A stretch of DNA of 64,000 nucleotides from the human T2T-CHM13v2.0 reference genome, Homo sapiens, in NCBI RefSeq assembly GCF_009914755.1, contig NC_060937.1. One strand, 5' to 3'. The notes under the pieces are model-generated. The model had not been told where the DNA came from. It worked only from the letters and a program-made list of their open reading frames with translations, and ran no database searches. The position numbers and the translations under genes were made by a program. This document shows, one piece after another, positions 20,126-30,984 of the stretch. How positions within the stretch are numbered: the stretch's first letter is position 1; every line of letters starts with the position of its first letter.

Positions 20126-21045
20126 TCTTTGCTTAGAAACTTGTTTACCCACCACTTGGACTAATTGTTCAAATCTTCCCTGATGGGGACACAGCCATCT
20201 GCATGCAGACTGCCTCCCACCAAGTCCAAGAGCCCCTTCTCTCGCAAAAGGGCTCTCTCTCCACTCACTCTAACACATCAGAGCTGTTCTGTCCCTTCTC
20301 TGTTTTTTAAAATTCTTAGCTATCTTGAAGTCACCTTTTTTCCCTTCTCCTCTCCCTGTAATAATTCTAGTTCCATCTAAGGACTATATCAAGTAGTAGT
20401 TTCTGGCTTGTTTCCCCAGTGGAATGGTGAATTATTCAGAATTATTATTATTCAGAATTATTTACATGTAAAACAGCATAATGATGTATTTCTAATCTCT
20501 ACTGTGCCAACACAGTAGAGAGTAAACAGCAAGCTATAAAAAATTGGAAGACAAAGATAACTAAATATATTTTATTTTGGTAATAATGCACTAAAATGTG
20601 TAACTTTTTGTTGTTTCCCATTTGAAAACAGTTTACATCAGTACTGGAATGTAATTTGGTAAGCATTAAAAACTCAGTTTATAAGTAATTCTTTAATATT
20701 AAACAGTGTTTTTTAGTATCAATTCTACCATAGTATAAAATTATATATTATATGTTTCATATTAGTGTGTATCTGTAGGTATACACATTATACCACACAC
20801 ACATAAATACACTGCAATAAGGAATACTGGATGGAAATTGTGATTATAATAATGCCAGAAATGTTAACCCAACTCTTGCTAAATGCTGTTACATATTTAA
20901 GAAGAGAAATGAGAGAAAGAAGGAGAGAAAGAGGAAAGGAAGGAGAGAGGGAGGGAGGCAGGGAGAAAGGAAAGAGGATATCCAAAAAGTTAACTAAGTT
21001 TATCCCTAGGTCTCCAAAATCAACATTAAGTGCCTAGTCACATAG

Positions 21046-21456
21046 TGCCTCATGCGTGTCCGTGTGAAAAGACCACCAAACAGGCTTTGTGTGAGCAACA
21101 AGGCTGTTTATTTCACCTGGGTGCAGGCAGGCTGAGTCTGAAAAGAGAGTCAGCAAAGGGTGGTGGGATTATCGTTGGTTCTTATAGGTTTTGGGATAGG
21201 CGGTGGAGTTAAGAGCAATGTTTTGGGGGCGGGGGTGGATCTCACAAAGTGCATCCTCAAGGATAAGGAGAATTACAAAGAAACTTCGTAAGGGTGGGGG
21301 AGATTAGGGTGGGGCAGAAACAAACCACAATGGTGGAATGTCATCAGTTAAGGCTATTTTCACTTCTGTGGATCTTCAGTTGCTTCAGGCCATCTGGATA
21401 TATACGTGCGGGTCACTGGGGATATGATGGCTTAGCTTGGGCTCAGAGGCCTGACA
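21046..21456 (-). mobile_element. Solo LTR7 (HERV-H LTR)
   Basis: Minus strand begins tgtcaggcctctgagcccaagctaagccatcatatcccc and ends ...cacacggacacgcatgaggca; perfect 5-bp TSD CATAG (21041-21045, 21457-21461). Confidence 0.96.
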
Positions 21457-22921
21457 CATAGAAGTTTAGTTTGATACCTATAAAATCTGTGTTCTCTTTA
21501 ACCTTTTGAAACACTTGCTAATGAATCACAAAGATAAAAGTCTTTCAAATGTATACACTGAAAACCTATGTAACACTGACAAAATGAAAGTTCTTTAGTC
21601 TCTCCCCACCTTTAAATCGAAGAAGTCATTGAGTGAGGATTTAGACTTAAAAGCAATTGTGACTTGCCTATGACTTGCTTGTTATGATGTCACCTTTACC
21701 CAAGATTTACTTTGGAACCTATGATTCATTCTGGCATTTTTACATGTCTTTTAATTGTCCAAGTTCAGACTTGGGTTTTTGGTATCTCTAAACTTATCAT
21801 CGCTAAGAGTCCTTTGTAATAGTCTTTCAAAATTAATGAATCAAATGCTGGTGAGCACATGAATTTCTGAAGCATATATTTTTTTAAAGCCAGGCTTTAA
21901 AAGTCAAGGGTGATAAGAAAGAGGATCAAGTAAGTGCTACAGCCAATAATCCAACTCACTCTTCAGTGCTTCTGAATTTAAAATTAGAAGTGTTTCACTA
22001 CACCTGAATTACTTGAATTACTTTGGCTCAGATAAGTAATTCTAATAGATCAACCCTAGAGATAAACACCTAACTTTAAAATTAGACTCACTGAAATGTC
22101 TGCTCTCCTCAAAATATCATTTTACAGGTTGAAGATGTTGTCCTATGAAAATCTAAGATGAGAAACACATTATGTATGATACATTACATGCAACATATAA
22201 ACTTGACTCACTTCTCAACATTTCACATTTTTGTGTATTTATACAGTTAAAATACAATTCAATGGACTCCTCATTATACTTGTATAACTCTAAAGGGAAA
22301 TAGTAGAAATAACAGTTATTGTAGTGTTATGCTACTGAAAAAAACTAGTTAGCTTAAGTCAAAGGATAGAAAAATGGAATGGTAAGCAATTACTGAATCA
22401 TTAAAAGAAAGGAAGAGCTAGATTCCATGAAGCAAGAGATCAAAGGAATAAAACTCAAGCAGAGGTAAATTCATTGCTAGCTCTATTCCCCTTAATGCAA
22501 TAAAACAAATGAAGAATCAGTTAAGTAGAGAGTACTTTCCATTATATCCAACATACTAATCATTTCTACCCTTCAATGGCTTGTCAAATTTCCATAAGTA
22601 AAAAGCATTATTAATATAGAAGTACAGTACATGACCATATTTTTCCTTAGGGATCATGCAATTTCAGAAATTATTAGAGATGGGAGTTAACATTCCTACC
22701 TACTCCAGCAAATACCCTTGGGTAGAATGCAAAAGTAAAAAGTGATGTAAATAAACATGGAAGAGCAAATCAGATAAACATGGGGTAAAATGGATATGTA
22801 GAGATACTCTACTATAATTTATCAAATCTGTTGTTAATCTATTGAAAAATCTGGGTATGTCATCTTCAAATTGACTACAAAACATGATTGTATTTTCCAA
22901 ATGGTTAGAAGTAGACACTAT

Positions 22922-23674
22922 TGAAAGGTGACAACGTGTTAGCAGCCCTGGCTCGCTCTTGGCGCTTCCTACGCCTTAACATCCACTCTGGCTGCGGTCC
23001 AGGAGCCCTTCAGCCCGCCGCTGCACCATGTGGGCCCCTCTCTGGGGCTGGCCAAGGCCAGAGCCGGCTCCCTCTGTTCCTGGGGAGGTGTGGAGGGAGA
23101 GGTGCAGGCGGGAGCCAGGGCTGCATGTGGTGCTCGCGGGCCAACACAGGTTCCCGGTGGGTGCAGGCTCCACGAGCCCCACTCTCAGTGCGTCCTGCCG
23201 GTGCCTGCTGGGCTAGATCAGGGAATGAGCTTGCTCTGGGCTGCCAGAGTGCCCGGGCTAGGTGCAGAAAAGTCCTGCAGTGAGTGACAGTGAGAGGTGA
23301 AGCCAGCTGGGCTTCTGGAACAGGTAGGGACTTGGAGAACTTTTGTGTCTAGCTAAAAAATTGTAAATGCACCAATCAGCGCTCTGTGTCTAGCTAATGG
23401 AGTGGGGACTTGGAGAACTTTTGTGTCTAGGTAAAGGATTGTAAATGCACCAATCAGCACACTCTATCTAGCTAAAGGTTTGTAAACGCACCAATCAGCA
23501 CTCTGTGTCTAGCTAATCAGGTGGGGGCATGGAGAACTTTTGTGACTAGCTAAAGGACTGAAAACGCACCAATGAGCACTCTGTGTTTAGCTAAAGGTTT
23601 GTAAATGCACCAATCAGCTCTCTGTAAAATGGAACAATCAGCAGGATGCGGGTGGGGCCAGATAAGGGTGAATA
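22922..23674 (+). promoter_or_regulatory. 5' LTR12 U3 with CCAAT enhancer repeats, truncated at the AATAAAA TATA-like box
   Basis: tgaaaggtgacaacgtg start; repeated tagctaaagg.ttgtaaa.gcaccaatcagc units; ends at gggccagataaggg(t)gaata, where the 3' LTR continues aaagcaggcc. Confidence 0.9.
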
Positions 23675-23815
23675 CGGGGAGTAAGAGCCAGCCCCTCCCC
23701 CCCCCCGCTCCCCGGCTATTAAGACCCACATCGCAAAGGGGTGAGGCACCCCCCACCATATGGGGAGTAAAAGCCAGCCCCTCTCCCATCCTGGTTATTA
23801 CGACCCACGGTGGAC
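23672..23815 (+). repeat. GC-rich ~80-bp satellite units (SATR1-like), left terminal block
   Basis: ggggagtaagagccagcccct...ctatta.gacccacatcgca...gtgaggcacc, about 1.7 copies. Confidence 0.8.
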
Positions 23816-23824
23816 TCACAGCCT

Positions 23825-24715
23825 GTTTACGATATTGGGAGTAATATCATCTCCCCCTCTGGAAATTATGAACTATTTCACAGACGAGTGTACACCCTCC
23901 GTGTACAGAGGGTGTACACCCGTCTGTATTGGGAGTAATATCATCCTCTTCCTCCCTGAATATTCAGAACAGTATCACAGGAGTGTTTCTACTCCCTGCG
24001 ATATTGGGTGTCATATCCTCCTCTCCCACGTGGAAATTAGAAACAATATCAGTGGGGGCGTGTACACCGTCTGTGATATTTAAAGTAATATCATCCTCTT
24101 CCCTCCAGGATCATGGGAACAATATCCCTGGGGTGTGTACACTTTCTGCGATATATGTAGTAATATCACCCCCTCTGCCTTGGAATATTATTAAGGACCA
24201 TCTCACACGGGGATGTACACTTCCTGCGATATTGGGAGTAATATCAACCTCTCCGCCTCTGAATATTAGGAACAATATCACAGGGTGGGTGTACACCTCC
24301 TGCTCTATTATGGGGAGTAATACCTATCATGGGGAGTAATATCATCCTCTCCCTTTCAGGATATTAATAACAATATCACAGGGTGGGTGGACACAGCCTG
24401 CGATACTGGAATTATTATCATCCTCTCCCCCTCAGGATACTAGGAACAATATCACAGAAGAGGTGTACACTCCCTGCGGTATTGGGAGTAATATCATACA
24501 CTTCTTCCGTGAATATTAGGAGCAATATCACCGGGTGGCTGTACATTCATTGCTATGTTGGGAGTCATGTCATACTCTACCCCCTGGATATTAGGATCAG
24601 TGTCACAGGGTGAGTGTACACCTACTGTGATATTAAAACTAATATCATGCTCACCATCCCTGGATAATAGAAACTATCACAGGTAGGTGTACATCCCCTG
24701 CGGTATTAGGAATAA
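23825..24715 (+). repeat. ~75-bp satellite array (SATR1/SATR2-like), about 12 units, forward
   Basis: Unit GATATTgggagtAATATCatcctctccc..gGATATTaggaacAATATCacagggggtgtacaccccctgc. Confidence 0.88.
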
Positions 24716-25100
24716 TAATATTATTAATTATTAAACAGTCTTAATATTATTAATTATTAAACATCAGTCTTAATATCAATGGTAATATTAATTCATAATA
24801 TACGTTATTAATCATTAATGATTATTTTAAATATATGATTATGCATGATTAAATTATTGCTATTGATGTCATTTTTAATATTAGTTATTAATCGTAATAT
24901 TATAGTTTTATTACCAAATACTTATGACTGATTTAATCAACATTAATTATATCATTATTTCATTATTAATAGTGATATTGCTATTATTAATAGTAATCAT
25001 TAATATTTTTAATCCGTATTAACTTTTACTATCTCTATTGTAATTATTAATATCGATGATTACTATTAATTGTTATATTTATTAATATTAATAATATAAC
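24716..25100. repeat. Very AT-rich low-complexity core between the inverted satellite arms
   Basis: Runs of attatt/taat/aatatt with few G or C. Confidence 0.9.
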
Positions 25101-26095
25101 TGTTCCCGATATCCGTGGGGGAGAGGATATTACTCCCAATATCGCAGAAAGTGTACAGCCCTCTATGATGTTACTCCTAATAGCCAGGGCGTAGAGGATG
25201 ACATTATTGAAAATATCGCAGTGGATGTACATCCGTTCAGTCATCTTGTTCCTAGTATCCTGGGTGGGAGTGGATGATATGACTCCCAATATCGAAGAGG
25301 GCATAGACCTCCCCCGTGATACTGTCCCTAACATCCAAAGGTGGAGAGGATGATATTTCTTCCAGTTTCGCAGGGGTTGTACACCACTCCTGTGATATTG
25401 ATCCTAATATCCAGGGGGCGAGAGGATGATCTTAGTCTCACTATTGCAGGAGGTGTACACTCCCTAGGGATATTGTTCCTAATATCCAGGGACAGAGAGG
25501 ATGATATCACTCCCAATATAGCAGGGAATGGACACCCCTTCTGTGACATTGTTCCTAATAGCCAGCAGGGGAGAGGAAGATATTACCCCCAATATCACAG
25601 GGGGTATGCACCCCCTTGTGATATTGTTCCTTATATCCTGGGAGGGAGAGGATGATATTAGTGGAAATATCCCAGGGGCTGTACACACCTACTGTGATAT
25701 TGTTCCAAATATCCTGACGGGGGAAAATGATATTACTCACAATATCGCGGGGGGTATATATCCTCCTGTGATATTGTTTCTTATATTCAGGGGGAGAGGA
25801 TGATATTACTCGAAATATGACAGTGGCTTTACACCCCATCTGTGATATTGCTCCTAATTTCCAGCAGCTAAAGTAGGATGTTCCTCCCAATAGAGCAGTG
25901 GGTGGACACTTGCCCTGTGATATTTCCCCGACTATTCAGGGAAACCCAGGATGACATGACCGCAAATCCCACAAAAAGTGTACACCCATTGTGTGATATG
26001 GTTCCTAATATGCGGAGGTGCAGAGGATGATATTAGTTTTCATATCACAGGCTGCGTACACACACCCTGTGAAATTGTTCCTAAGAGCAGGAAAA
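25101..26095 (-). repeat. ~75-bp satellite array, about 13 units, reverse orientation
   Basis: gagaggatGATATTactcccAATATCgcaggggg.gtacacccc.tgtGATATTgttcctAATATCcagg is the reverse complement of the left-arm unit. Confidence 0.88.
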
Positions 26096-26119
26096 AAGAG
26101 AATGCTAATAAAGGACAGA

Positions 26120-26357
26120 GATCACAGGGGGGTGAGGCACCCCCCCCCCCGCGATACAGGGAGTAAGAGCCAGCCCCTCTCCCCCGCCCCGGCTATTACG
26201 ACCCACATCGCAGGGGTGTGAGGCACCCTCCGCGATACGGGGAGTAAGAGCCAGCCCCTCTCCCCCCGCTGGGCATTACGACCCATATTGCAGGCATGTG
26301 AGGCACCCTCCGCGATACGGGGAGTGAGAGCCAGCCCCTCTCCACCCCCGCCCGGCT
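26120..26357 (+). repeat. GC-rich ~80-bp satellite units, right terminal block (3 copies)
   Basis: gcgatac at 26151, 26232 and 26312; same orientation as the left terminal block. Confidence 0.85.
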
Positions 26358-26980
26358 TATACTGCCAAAGCCATCAAAAAGGGGAAGGAGAGGGGAGAAC
26401 AGCAGCATAAGTGGCTGGCACAGGCAGAGAAATGCCTGCAGAGAGAAAAAGACAGAAAGTCAAAGAGAGTGAGACAGAGAGGAAGAGACAGACAGAAAGT
26501 CAAAGAGAGAAGGAGAAATGGAGGTAGTGGGGAGAAAAAAGTGTACCTTATTCCTTTAAAAGCCAGGGTAAATTTAAAATGAATAATTGATAATTGAAGA
26601 TCTCTGTAATCCTGTGACACTCCAATGCCACCTTGCTGTCAGTGTATTCAGGGGCGTGGCCCGAGAGCGCTGAGGCCACTGAAGGCCAGTAGCCTAATAA
26701 TTAGGCCAGTAGGCCTAATAATTGGTCTGCTCAAATGTGTGAGCTGTTTGCACTCAGCCAAACCTTGAAGTACTTACAGAATCAGGAAGGAGCCATCTAT
26801 ACTAATTCTAAGTTAATATGGACTGAACGAGGTCTTATTAATAACAAAGAATAATAATTGAAATCCCAAACTTACTAACCTAAAGTAAGTTTGCTAAAAT
26901 TTCACAGTGTAACATATATTATCCTAACTTTTAATCTTATGGAAATCAAACACTATAAGTACCCCTCAAAGCTTAAGTCC
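26358..26980 (+). mobile_element. ERV9 internal remnant (deleted pol-to-env region)
   Basis: tatactgccaaagccatcaaaaaggggaaggagaggggagaacagcagcataag and cctttaaaagccagggtaaattt resemble recalled HERV9 internal sequence; runs directly into env. Confidence 0.7.
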
Positions 26981-26982
26981 AT

Positions 26983-27565
26983 CAGCGCAGAGCCATACAA
27001 CTAATACCCCTACTTATAGGGTTAGGAATGGCTACTGCTACAGGAACCGGAATAGCCAGTTTATCTACTTCATTATCCTGCTACCACACACTCTCAAAGG
27101 ATTTCTCAGACAGTCTGCAAGAAATGAAGAAATCTATCCTTACTGAAGAAATCTATCCTTACTCTGCAGTCTCAAATAGACTCTTTAGAAGCAGTGACTC
27201 TCCAAAACCGCCGAGGCCTAGACCTCCTCACTGTTGAGAAAGGAGGATTCTGCACCTTCTTAGGGGAAGAGTGTTGTTTTTACACTAACCAGTCAGGGAT
27301 AGTACGAGATGCTACACGGCATTTACAGGAAAAGGCTTCTGAAATCAGACAATGCCTTTCAAACTCTTATACCAACCTCTGGAGTCGGGCAACATGGCTT
27401 CTCCCCTTTCTACGTCCCATAGCAGCCATCTTGCTGTTACTCACCTTTGGACCCTGTATTTTCAACCTTCTTGTCAAATTTGTTTCCTCTAGAGTCCAGG
27501 CCATCAAGCTACAGATGGTCTTACAAATGGAACCCCAAATTAGCTCAACTAATAACTTCTACTGA
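26983..27565 (+). pseudogene. env: ERV9 env transmembrane subunit, frameshifted
   Basis: RRAIQLIPLLIGLGMATATGTGIA (cleavage site/fusion peptide), immunosuppressive domain LQNRRGLDLLT, CX6CC (CTFLGEECC), TM helix; 19-bp duplication frameshift at 27125-27162. Confidence 0.93.
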
Positions 27566-27733
27566 GGACCTCTGGACTGATCCGCTGGCCCTTCCACTGG
27601 TCTAAAGAGTTCCCCTCTGGAGAACACTACAACTACAAGGCCCCGTTTTCACCCCTATCCAGCAGGAAGTAGCTAGAGCGGTCATCGGCCAAATTCCCAA
27701 CAGCAGTTGGGGTGTCCTGTTTAGAGGGGCGAT

Positions 27734-28760
27734 TGAGAGGTGACAACGTGCTGGCAGCCCCCGCTTGCTCTTGGTGCCTCCTCAGCCTTGGCATCTGCTC
27801 TGGCCATGCTCAAGGAGCCCTTCAGCCTGCCACTACGCCATGGGGGCCACTCTCTGGGGCTGGCTGAGGCTGGAGCTGGCTCCCTCTGCTCATGGGGAGG
27901 TGTGGAGAGAGAGGTGTGGGCAGGAGCCTGGGCTGTGCATGGCCTTCACGGGCCAGTGCTGGTTCCTGGTGGGTGTGGTCTCTGCCAGCCCCACACTCAG
28001 TGCAGCCAGCCAGCGCCTGCTGGGCTGGATTGGGGGATGAGCTCCCTCTGGGCTGCCTGAGTGCCTGGGCTAGGTGCCACAAAGTCCTGCAGCAAGTGCC
28101 AGCGAGAGGTGAAGCTAGCTGGGCTTCTGGGATGGGTGGGGACTTGGAGAACTTTTGTGTCTTGCTAAAGGATTGTAAATGCACCAATCAGCACTCTGTG
28201 TTTAGCTAAAGGTTTATAAACGCACCAATCAGCACTCTGTCAAAACGGACCAATCAGCTCTCTGTAAAATGCACCAATCAGGTGTGTGTAAAATGCACAA
28301 CAGCAGGATGTGGGTGGGGCCAGATAAGGGAATAAAAGCAGGCCACCTGAGCTAGCAGTGGCAACCCGCTTGGGTCCGCTTCCACGCTGTGAAGCTTTGT
28401 TCTTTCACTCTTTGCAATAAATCTTGGTGCTGCTCACTCTTTGGGTCCGTGCCACCTTTATGAGCTGTAACACTCACCACGAAGGTCTGCAGCTTCACTT
28501 CTGAGGCCAGCGAGACCAAGAACCCAGTGGAAGGAATGAACAACTAAGATGCGTAACACTCACTGCAAAGGTCTGTAGCTTCACTCCTGAAGTCAGCGAG
28601 ACCACGAACCCACCAGAAGGAAGAATCTCTGGACACATCTGAACATCTGAAGGAAAAAACTCCGGACACACCATCTTTAAGAACTGTAATACTCACTGGG
28701 AGGGTCTGTGGCTTCATTCTTAAAGTCAGAGAGACCAAGAACCCACCAATTCCGGAAACA
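27734..28760 (+). promoter_or_regulatory. Complete 3' LTR12
   Basis: Follows polypurine tract ttagaggggcgat; starts tgagaggtgac; CCAAT repeats, gataagggaataaaagc, polyA gcaataaatc, U5 repeats; ends aattccggaaaca. Confidence 0.95.
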
Positions 28761-29569
28761 CTATTTCATGGTCTGTTATAATATGGAATGATATGCAAAG
28801 TTAATTATTTCAGTTTATACATGAACAAAGTAAAACCTTAAAGTTTTCTTTGATGTTCCACAGGCTTTTACTCTTTCCTAGACCCTTGGTCACCCATATT
28901 CCTCAGAAAGTTGTGCAGCCATTTTGTGTTCTCTTATGCACCGCTCACCACTGAAGTGTCCAATGTAGCGTCAGTTTACCCTTTTAGGTAACATCCATGT
29001 TCTACTTGTTATATCAGTACTCTGCCTTCAAAATGGAATTCCTCCGTTTGACCCATTTCTCAACAGAAGGTTCTTTTCTGGGCTAGGTCAAATCCATTAA
29101 GCTGAAAAACGTATCCATGCTAATGATCAGTCATAGGTTAATTGCTCACCCCATTTGAAAGTATATGTTCATTATAACAGGCATTTCTAGGCATTATCTT
29201 AATCTGTGGTTTATTGAAGAAATTTCAGATACCATAATAGATGACATATAGTGAAGTGCATAGATGATTAAGATTTTCTAAGGACATTCCAAGTGAGAGG
29301 TAAAATAAAGAACAGCAAAATAGAATGGATTCCAACACCCTGCTTCAAAACTCAGAGATATAAAAAGGGTTCATAGGCATACCACTTGGGAAATTGTTGA
29401 TAAAATCCCCAAAACATTAAGCTGATGAGAGATATGGTTAGATGGTTTTAGAAGTCTTCTATCTACATAAATGTGAAGTCAGTTTCCTTGGAAGCCACTT
29501 CAGTAACTGATATGGTTTGGTTGTATCTCCACCCAAATCTCATCTTGAATTGGAAGCCACTTCAGTAAC

Positions 29570-29933
29570 TGATATGGTTTGGTTGTATCTCCACCCAAAT
29601 CTCATCTTGAATTGTAGCTCTCATAATTCCCATGTGTTGTGGGAGGGACTCGGTGGGAGGTAATCGAATCATGGGGACGGGTATTTCTTTTTCTTGTAAT
29701 AGTGAATAAGTCTCATGAGATCTGATGGTTTTATAAAGGGGAGTTCCCCTGCACATGCTCTCTTACCTGCCACCTTATAAGTAAGACGTGGCTTTGCTCC
29801 TCTTTCACCTTCTGCCATGACAGTGAGGCCTCCCCAGCCATGTGGAATTCTAAGTCAATTAAACCTCCTTTCCTTTATAAATTACTCAGCCTTGAGTATG
29901 TCTTTATTAGCAGTGTGAGAACAGACTAATACA
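29570..29933 (+). mobile_element. THE1-family MaLR solo LTR; its first 42 bp also duplicated at 29508-29549
   Basis: tgatatggtttgg..ccacccaaatctcatcttgaattgtag ... cagactaataca. Confidence 0.92.
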
Positions 29934-30423
29934 TTCCATCTCTTTAATTTACTAATCATTCCATCTCTGTAATTTACCAACAGTTAATACAAACAATTTC
30001 ATCTTTTAAAACTTTATGTTTACATCTGTGGGATTCTTGGGGTCAAGGCATATGAATACATGTGTTCAGAAACCAGATAACTGAATATAAAGGTTTTTTA
30101 AATAAAAACTACTATTATCACCAGACTTAATATTATTTCCACAGGTAATCTTTACTTTGATTCAAGAGATGAAGCAAAACTAAGCCTATCCTAGAGATTT
30201 AAAATCTAGAACACACTGCCACAGACATGAATAAAATGCATAAGGGCAATTTCAAAGTAATAAAAAGAAAAGTAAACAAAAAAGTTAATGAAATAATTTA
30301 TTTCCATTATTAGATAAAGGGTTAAAATTAATTGAAAATCTTATCAATTGGTAAATATTTTATTCAATTTATATAATAGCATAAATGTTATATCTTTATA
30401 GACTACCTTTGCAAGAAGATTTC

Positions 30424-30821
30424 TGATATAGTTTGGATGTTTGTCCTCTCCAAATCTCATGTTGAAATGTAATCCCCAGTGTTGGAGGTGTGGCCTGGTA
30501 GGAAGTGTTTGGGTCATGGGGGCAGATGCCTCATCCCTCATGAATTGCTTGGTGCTATCCTCATTATAGTGAGTGAGTTCTCCTGCGATCTGGTTGTTTA
30601 AAAGTGTGTGGCACCACCTCCTCTTTCTCTTGATCCTGCTCTTGCCATGTGATGTGTGGGCTCTCATTTCAACTTCTGTCATGTTTGTAAGCTTCCCAAG
30701 GCCTCATCAGAAGCAGATGCCAGCACCTTCCTGCAAAGCCTGCAGAACCATGAGCCAATTACACTCCTTTCCTTTATAAATTACCCAGCCTCAGGTAGTT
30801 ATAAAAACATGGCCTAATATA
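30424..30821 (+). mobile_element. MST-family MaLR solo LTR
   Basis: tgatatagtttggatgtttgtcc...aaatctcatgttgaaatgtaatcccc ... ttataaattacccagcctcagg...cctaatata; near-TSD atttc/ctttc. Confidence 0.9.
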
Positions 30822-30984
30822 CTTTCTAAAATCATATCAAAAAGAGACTCTTACTAATAAATTCTAAACAAATATATATAAAGTAAGAATTCTTGGGAGG
30901 AATTATAAAGGGATTGAAAAATAACATAAAACTACAGAAAAGTTTCAGAACATCTTCTCAGTGACCTTGAACTCTTGTGTCTTC

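Larger units (their letters stand above)
22922..28760 (+). mobile_element. Rearranged ERV9/HERV9 provirus with LTR12 termini
   Basis: Two LTR12-type LTRs, internal remnant, env TM and polypurine tract; 4-bp TSD CTAT at 22918-22921 and 28761-28764. Confidence 0.93.

Noticed and set aside
20900-20978. Polypurine tract (also 12215-12297; polypyrimidine 38370-38460)
   Set aside because: Common low-complexity sequence with nothing distinctive beyond generic H-DNA potential.
23672-26357. Integrated DNA-virus fragment or DNA transposon as the identity of the cassette
   Set aside because: No coding remnant, TSD or true terminal inverted repeats; the units resemble a known human satellite class. Kept only as an architectural analogy.
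23550-26408. Many overlapping ORFs (ILGVISSS, DIRNNIT repeats)
   Set aside because: Translations of the ~75-bp satellite on both strands.
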